Shown here one piece after another: positions 58,629 to 64,000 of a stretch of DNA of 64,000 nucleotides. The stretch's first letter is position 1. Each line of letters opens with the position of its first letter. Under the pieces are notes generated by a model, which was given only the letters and a program-made list of their open reading frames with translations, did no database searches and had not been told where the DNA came from. Made by a program: the position numbers and the translations under genes. Source of the stretch: an uncultured Thermoplasmata archaeon (GTDB lineage Archaea; Thermoplasmatota; Thermoplasmata; RBG-16-68-12); NCBI GenBank assembly GCA_963768855.1, contig CAVYJM010000010.1, positions 96,001 to 160,000 on the forward strand, given 5' to 3'.

Positions 58629-59851
58629 AGGCGGTCATTCTCGCGGCCGGCGAGGGCACGCGGATGCGCCCCCTCACGGCGAACCTTCCCAAGCCCCTCC
58701 TCCCGGTTGCAGGCAAGCCGTTCCTCCGCCACACCCTCGAGGCCGTTCGCCAGGCCGGCATCCGCGAGGTGACGATCCTCATCGGATGGCAGGGCCATCG
58801 GATCCGCGAGAGCTTCGGCCGCGGCGGTGATTCGGAACTGGTCATCGACTACGAGGAGCAGACGGAGCGCTTGGGGACTGCGAACGCGATCGGGCAGCTC
58901 CGCAAGCACGTCGACGGTCCCTTTCTCAGCATCAACGGGGACGTGGTCGTCTCGGGCGAGGCGCTCAAAGGCCTCGTTGCCTACCACGAGAAGGCTGGCG
59001 GCCCCGTCATGGCCCTCGCGGAGGTGCCGGATCCGCGGCCGTTCGGCGTGGTCGAGCTCACGGACGGGCGCGTGAGCGGACTCGAGGAGAAGCCGCGGGC
59101 GCCGAAGTCCCACCTGATCAACGCGGGCATCTACGTCTTCGAGCCGGACATCTTCCCCCTCATCGACGCCACGCCGAAGTCGCCGCGGGGCGAGTACGAG
59201 ATTACGGACACGATTCGGACGCTCCTGACGAAGCGCGACGTGCACGGCTTCCGCCTCCCGGGCGAGTGGCTCGACGTCGGCCGACCGTGGGACCTGCTCC
59301 GGGCCAACGCAGCCCTTCTCAAGCCGCTCAAAGGCGCGGTCCACGGGACCGTGGACGCGGGCGCGACCCTCGTGGGTGAGGTCCTCGTCGAGGCGGGCGC
59401 CCACGTTCGGCCGGGCTCCCACGTCGAGGGCCCCACGATCATCGGCCCCGAGGCGGAGGTCGGCCCCAACTGCTACATCCGGCCATCCACCGCCATCGGC
59501 CCGAAGGCGAAGGTCGGCAACGCGTGCGAGGTGAAGAACAGCATCCTCATGGGAGGCACGCACGTCCCCCACCAGAACTACGTCGGGGACAGCGTGCTCG
59601 GGGAGCGGTGTAACCTCGGCGCCGGCACGAAGGTCGCGAACCTGCGCTTGGACGAGGCGAACGTCCGGGTCCGGTTCGGCGGCGCGGAGGTCGACACCGG
59701 GCTCCGCAAGCTCGGCGTGATCATGGGGGACGACGTGAAGGTCGGCATCAACGCCTCGATCGACGCCGGCACGATCATCGGGGAGGGCACGTTCATCGGA
59801 CCCGGAGCGAGCGTCCGCGGGAACATCGCCCCGCGGAGCCGGATCTTCTGA
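58625..59851 (+). CDS. glmU: Bifunctional sugar-1-phosphate nucleotidylyltransferase/acetyltransferase (archaeal GlmU)
   Basis: LAAGEGTRMRPLT, EEKP, hexapeptide repeats, YVGDS, GAGT. Confidence 0.92.
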   Translation: MKAVILAAGEGTRMRPLTANLPKPLLPVAGKPFLRHTLEAVRQAGIREVTILIGWQGHRIRESFGRGGDSELVIDYEEQTERLGTANAIGQLRKHVDGPFLSINGDVVVSGEALKGLVAYHEKAGGPVMALAEVPDPRPFGVVELTDGRVSGLEEKPRAPKSHLINAGIYVFEPDIFPLIDATPKSPRGEYEITDTIRTLLTKRDVHGFRLPGEWLDVGRPWDLLRANAALLKPLKGAVHGTVDAGATLVGEVLVEAGAHVRPGSHVEGPTIIGPEAEVGPNCYIRPSTAIGPKAKVGNACEVKNSILMGGTHVPHQNYVGDSVLGERCNLGAGTKVANLRLDEANVRVRFGGAEVDTGLRKLGVIMGDDVKVGINASIDAGTIIGEGTFIGPGASVRGNIAPRSRIF

Positions 59852-59852
59852 G

Positions 59853-61013
59853 GTGGGCGTCGTGCGCATCGCCCAGGTATCGCCATGGTTCTATCCCCAC
59901 CTCGGCGGCGTGGAGAGCCACGTGCAGGTCCTTTCCCGCGAGCTCGCCGCGCGGGGTCACGAGGTCACCGTCATCACCGCCCGCCACACCTCGTCGGCGC
60001 CCGAGCGGGAATCGGTGGACGGCTTCGACATCATCCGGGTCAAGCCGCGGATGATCGTCCTGCGCACGCCCATCGCCCCGAAGATGCGCCCGCTGATCCG
60101 CGGCCTCGACGTCGACGTGATCCACGCGCATCTCCCGCCGCCCCTCAGCGCGCACTACGCGGCGGACGCGGCCGAGCAGCGCGGGCTGCCCCTGGTCCTC
60201 ACCTACCACTGCGATGTCGAGATCCCGTCTCCCGTCGGAGCCCTGATCGAGACGCTCTACCGCCGCAGCCTGGGCGCTTCCACTCTGAATCGGGCCGCAA
60301 AGGTCATCGTGACCACCCGGACCTACGCGGCCACGAGCCGCGCGGTCTGGCGGCAGAGCCCCGTCGTGATCCCGAACGCCGTCGACGCCCATCACTTCCA
60401 CCCCGAGGTCGACGGCAGCAGCGTGCGGACGAAGCTCCGGATTCCCCGCGACCGCCCGGTCGTCCTCCTCGTCGGCCGGATCGTGGCCCACAAGGGCGTC
60501 GAGCATTTCATCGAGGCCGCCCGATACCTGCCTGGCGTCTCGCTCGTCGTGGCGGGAGAAGGCTCCTCCCTCGAGGCGATGGAGCGCCTCGCGGCCACCC
60601 TCGGCGTCCAAGACCGGGTGCAGTTCCTCGGCCGCGTGTCCCAGGAGAACCTCCCGAAGGTGTATGCCGCCTGTGACGTCTTCGTGCTCCCGAGCGTGTC
60701 CCGCCTCGAAGCGTTTGGGATCGTCGCCCTCGAGGCCATGGCGACCGGCAAGCCCGTCGTGGTCGCGGACATCCCCGGAGTGCGGGAGATCATCGAGGAC
60801 GGGCGCGAGGGCCTCCTGGCCGATCCGATGAACCCGCAGGACCTGGCGCGCAAGATCCAGACTCTCCTGGCCGACCCGGGGCTGCGCGCGGAGATGGGCC
60901 GGCGCGGCCGGGAGAAGGTCCTCGCGGCGTTCACAACGGAGACGGTTGCGCAGCAGGTCCTCGACGTCTACGCGGACGTCCTCGCAGCAGGTGCCGCTAC
61001 GGCACGACGCTGA
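59853..61013 (+). CDS. Glycosyltransferase family 4
   Basis: GGVESHV, VGRIVAHKG, EAFGIVALEAMATGKPVV. Confidence 0.92.
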   Translation: MGVVRIAQVSPWFYPHLGGVESHVQVLSRELAARGHEVTVITARHTSSAPERESVDGFDIIRVKPRMIVLRTPIAPKMRPLIRGLDVDVIHAHLPPPLSAHYAADAAEQRGLPLVLTYHCDVEIPSPVGALIETLYRRSLGASTLNRAAKVIVTTRTYAATSRAVWRQSPVVIPNAVDAHHFHPEVDGSSVRTKLRIPRDRPVVLLVGRIVAHKGVEHFIEAARYLPGVSLVVAGEGSSLEAMERLAATLGVQDRVQFLGRVSQENLPKVYAACDVFVLPSVSRLEAFGIVALEAMATGKPVVVADIPGVREIIEDGREGLLADPMNPQDLARKIQTLLADPGLRAEMGRRGREKVLAAFTTETVAQQVLDVYADVLAAGAATARR

Positions 61014-61374
61014 GGGGGACGCGCTCCCCCTTGTTCGTCCACGCGGCCCAGGTCTCCTCCGTGAACGGGTGGCCGGTGATCAGGTGGAGGCCGCTGAAGT
61101 TGCTGAACAGCAAGCGGTCCTCGTCGGAGGGACGGAAGACGCCGCTCGGGTGGGAGTGGACCGTGCCCACGACGCCCAGGTTCGGCGGGAGCATCCACGT
61201 CTGGAAGATTGCGTGCCGCCGTCCGCTCACCGTGCCCGGGATCATCACGAGCTCCACGATGACCCCCTCCTCGGCGCGGAGGAAGGCGCCGAACTCGTTC
61301 GGGTACATGTCCCGCGAGGCCTCGAGGATCATCCGGAGGCATTTGCGTGTGATCGAGGTGGGTCGCTTCGGCAT
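60997..61374 (-). CDS. JAB/MPN (JAMM) metalloprotease domain protein
   Basis: PNEF, GTVHSHPSG..RPSDED JAMM motif. Confidence 0.9.
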   Translation of the reverse strand: MPKRPTSITRKCLRMILEASRDMYPNEFGAFLRAEEGVIVELVMIPGTVSGRRHAIFQTWMLPPNLGVVGTVHSHPSGVFRPSDEDRLLFSNFSGLHLITGHPFTEETWAAWTNKGERVPLSVVP

Positions 61375-61379
61375 GGCCC

Positions 61380-62186
61380 TCACTGGCGGGAGATCTTCTC
61401 TTCGAACCGCTTGTAGAAGTCGTCCCGGAACCGGATGAAGCGGGCCGGTCGCTCCGAGGCGGTCACGGAGATTGTCTCGGCCCCCTTGAGGTGCGTCTCG
61501 CGTTGGCCGTCCATGACGAGGAGGCACTCCTTCGGTTTGACGAGGCTGACGCGGACCTGGCTCGCCGCGGGGAAAACGTGAGGCCGGCAGGACGGCTTGA
61601 ACGGCGCGATCGCGTTCAGGATGATCGCGGGCACACGTGGGTCGACGATGGGCCCGCCGACGGACATCGAGTACGACGTCGAGCCGGTCGGCGTCGCGAG
61701 GATTATCGCGTCCGCCCGCACGCGGGTCACGAGGGCGTCGTCGAGGTGGACCTCGAAGTGGCGGATCTTCGCCACCTGGGCCGTGTGGACCACGACCTCG
61801 TTGAGGCAGTCGAAGAGCCGCTGCCCGTCGACCGTGACCTTCAGCCGCAGGCGTTCCTCGACCTTGTAGTCCGTCCGCACGATGCGCCCGAGGAAGGTCT
61901 CAACCTCGTTCGCGTAGACCTCCGCCAGGAACCCGAGCGAGCCCGAGTTGATCCCGAGGATGGGCGCCTCCGTGAGTTGCAGGGCCCGCAGGATCGTCCC
62001 GTCGCCGCCGACCGCGAGGATGATGTCCGGCTTCATGTGGGCCAGCGGGACGCCCGTGCGGCCAACGTCCTTCGCGATCTCCGTCTCCAGGACGACCTCG
62101 TGCTTCGGTTCCAGGAACCGGAGGATCGTCTTTGTCGCCTCGAGGGAATCGGGGATGTGCGGGTTCGCGGTGATGCCGAACTTCAT
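61380..62186 (-). CDS. nadK: NAD kinase
   Basis: VGGDGTIL, GSLGFL, NEVVV, TPTGSTSYSMSVGGP, DGQ. Confidence 0.93.
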   Translation of the reverse strand: MKFGITANPHIPDSLEATKTILRFLEPKHEVVLETEIAKDVGRTGVPLAHMKPDIILAVGGDGTILRALQLTEAPILGINSGSLGFLAEVYANEVETFLGRIVRTDYKVEERLRLKVTVDGQRLFDCLNEVVVHTAQVAKIRHFEVHLDDALVTRVRADAIILATPTGSTSYSMSVGGPIVDPRVPAIILNAIAPFKPSCRPHVFPAASQVRVSLVKPKECLLVMDGQRETHLKGAETISVTASERPARFIRFRDDFYKRFEEKISRQ

Positions 62187-62950
62187 TGGATCGCCTCCCA
62201 GGCCTTCCGGTCGCCGACGGCGACCAGGTCCGTGCGAGCGTCCGAGGTGAGGGGCAGGTCGAGGTCCTCTCCGTCGAGCGCGAGGACCTGGCCGCCCGCC
62301 TCACGGACGATGAGCGTCCCCGCCGCGATGTCGCATGCGCGGAGCTTGAGCTGGGGGACCGCGCTGTGCATGTAATACAGATCCGCTGCGCCGCGAGCGA
62401 CGAGGCAGAGGTCCAGGGAGGCGGCTCCGAGGTGCCGTACGCGACGGGCCTTCGCGGCGATCCGGGATGCCTCGGGGTGGGCGTTCGTTCCCAGGTACAC
62501 GCTGAAGAGGACATCCTTCGGGTCGAACGGTCTCGTCTCGATCCGGCGACCGTCGAGCGACGCGCCCTTCCCCTTCGCGGCGTAGTAGGTCGCTCCGCCG
62601 ACGAGGTCCCGAACGAGTCCCTCCTCGACGTCGCCGAGAGAATCCCGCCCGATGGCCATGGATACGGAGAAAGCGGGAACGCCGCGGAGGGCGTTGTGGG
62701 TGCCGTCCACGGGATCGAGCACGAGCACGCGGTCGCCTCCGCGCTCGACCACGCCGGCCTCCTCGCTGAGCACGTTCAGCTTGACCCGCTTCTCGTCCAG
62801 CCGCTTCAGGACCGCGGTCTCGGCAACCCGGTCGATGCGGGTGCTCGGAGCCCCGTCGGCGCCGCGGCCCAGGACATCCCCCGGGTTTCCTTGCAACGTG
62901 TCTACCGCCCGCTGGACGGCTCTCGCCAGATCAAGGAGGAGGGCCTTCAC
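62183..62950 (-). CDS. Inositol monophosphatase / FBPase family (possible NADP phosphatase)
   Basis: SEE, LDPVDGTHN, RHLGAASL, DIAAG; ATGA overlap with NAD kinase. Confidence 0.9.
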   Translation of the reverse strand: MKALLLDLARAVQRAVDTLQGNPGDVLGRGADGAPSTRIDRVAETAVLKRLDEKRVKLNVLSEEAGVVERGGDRVLVLDPVDGTHNALRGVPAFSVSMAIGRDSLGDVEEGLVRDLVGGATYYAAKGKGASLDGRRIETRPFDPKDVLFSVYLGTNAHPEASRIAAKARRVRHLGAASLDLCLVARGAADLYYMHSAVPQLKLRACDIAAGTLIVREAGGQVLALDGEDLDLPLTSDARTDLVAVGDRKAWEAIQ

Positions 62951-63046
62951 CGAGCGCGCTACCTCCTTGCCCCTAATAGACCTATTGCCGTGACCGCTGA
63001 GCTCGCCAACGCCGGCCAGTCTGGCGCGGCAGGACTCGACCCAACA

Positions 63047-63063
63047 ATGAAACGCTTATATAG
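63047..63063 (+). promoter_or_regulatory. Archaeal BRE/TATA promoter of the thermosome gene
   Basis: Purine-rich ATGAAACG followed by CTTATATAG about 65 nt before the ATG. Confidence 0.55.
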
Positions 63064-63125
63064 AAGTCCCAACATAGACTTGAGCCCCGGACATGAGTCC
63101 GTAGGGTTTCGGAGGCATGTAGACC

Positions 63126-64000
63126 ATGATGCCAGCAGGTACCCCGATCTTCGTTTTGAAAGAGGGAACGCGCCGAGAGCGCGGGAAGGGAGCGCAGTTC
63201 AACAACATCGCGGCCGCCAAAGCCGTGGCCGACGCGGTGCGATCGACCCTGGGTCCCCGGGGCATGGACAAGATGCTCGTGGACAGCCTGGGAGACGTCG
63301 TCATCACGAACGACGGGGTCACGATCTTGAAGGAGATCGACATCGAGCACCCGGCCGCCAAGATGCTCGTCGAGGTCGCGAAGACCCAGGACGAGGAGGC
63401 TGGCGACGGCACGACCACCGCGGTCATCCTCGCGGGCGAGCTCCTGAAGAAGGCCGAAGACCTCATCGACATGAACATCCATCCGACCGTGATTGCGTCC
63501 GGCTACCGACTCGCGAGCGTGAAGGCCCGGGACATCCTCGAGAAGATCGCCACCAAGATTTCGATCAAGGACCCGGACACTCTGAAGAAGGTCGCAATGA
63601 CCTCCATGTCCTCGAAGTCCTCGAGCGGCCACAAGGAGCACCTCGCCGACATCTCCGTGAAGGCCGTATCAACGGTTGCGGAGCAGCGGGCCGACGGCTC
63701 GTACTTCGTCGACGAGGACAACATCCAGATCGTCAAGAAGCAGGGCGGATCCATCGCCGACACGGAACTCGTCGACGGCATCATCGTCGACAAGGAGCGC
63801 GTGCACCCCGGCATGCCCTCCGAGATCAAGGATGCGAAGATCGCCTTGGTCGACGCGGCCCTTGAGGTCAAGAAGACCGAGATCGACGCGAAGATCGAGA
63901 TCACGGACCCGGCCCAGCTCCAGGCCTTCCTCAACGAGGAGGAAGGGATGCTGAAGCGGATGGTCGACACGGTGAAGAAGAGCGCCGCCACGGTCCTGTT
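63126..64000 (+). CDS. Thermosome (group II chaperonin) subunit, 3' truncated by window edge
   Basis: [38 protein letters not shown]. Confidence 0.97.
   Translation, partial: MMPAGTPIFVLKEGTRRERGKGAQFNNIAAAKAVADAVRSTLGPRGMDKMLVDSLGDVVITNDGVTILKEIDIEHPAAKMLVEVAKTQDEEAGDGTTTAVILAGELLKKAEDLIDMNIHPTVIASGYRLASVKARDILEKIATKISIKDPDTLKKVAMTSMSSKSSSGHKEHLADISVKAVSTVAEQRADGSYFVDEDNIQIVKKQGGSIADTELVDGIIVDKERVHPGMPSEIKDAKIALVDAALEVKKTEIDAKIEITDPAQLQAFLNEEEGMLKRMVDTVKKSAATVL

Noticed and set aside
1-64000. CRISPR arrays, IS elements, and amber/opal read-through (Pyl/Sec) genes
   Set aside because: No regularly spaced direct repeats, transposase motifs, or enzymes interrupted by in-frame stops were seen by eye

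Overview
GC-rich archaeal chromosome segment, most consistent with an uncultured Thermoplasmata-type euryarchaeote (inferred from RadA, family B DNA polymerase, rpS8e, rpL15e, aIF2-beta-TRAM, Dph5, Trm5, SRP19, thermosome and archaeal phosphopantothenate synthetase). It is densely coding with about 63 genes, mostly housekeeping, plus one tRNA-Leu(CAG). No CRISPR array, transposase, integrase or intein was seen. Most long alternative-frame ORFs in the supplied track are GC shadow ORFs. The most notable observations are: (1) a 1802-aa Lhr helicase whose C-terminal half looks like three tandem AlkZ/HTH_42-like winged-helix modules, translationally coupled to a glyoxalase-fold gene; (2) a tandem pair of 4-TM proteins resembling one four-helix unit of heme-copper oxidase subunit I but lacking the HxH heme ligands; (3) a bacterial-type TreS-maltokinase fusion preceded by an eroded glgE 3' remnant; (4) an unannotated CTG-initiated zinc-finger microprotein overlapping the polB stop codon; (5) a ThiI-like protein without its PP-loop; (6) an orphan DNA methyltransferase plus DUF5655-like pair; (7) structured leaders or operators upstream of pyrG and of a HemL-like aminotransferase. 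All family assignments come from motif recognition by eye; no database search was run.
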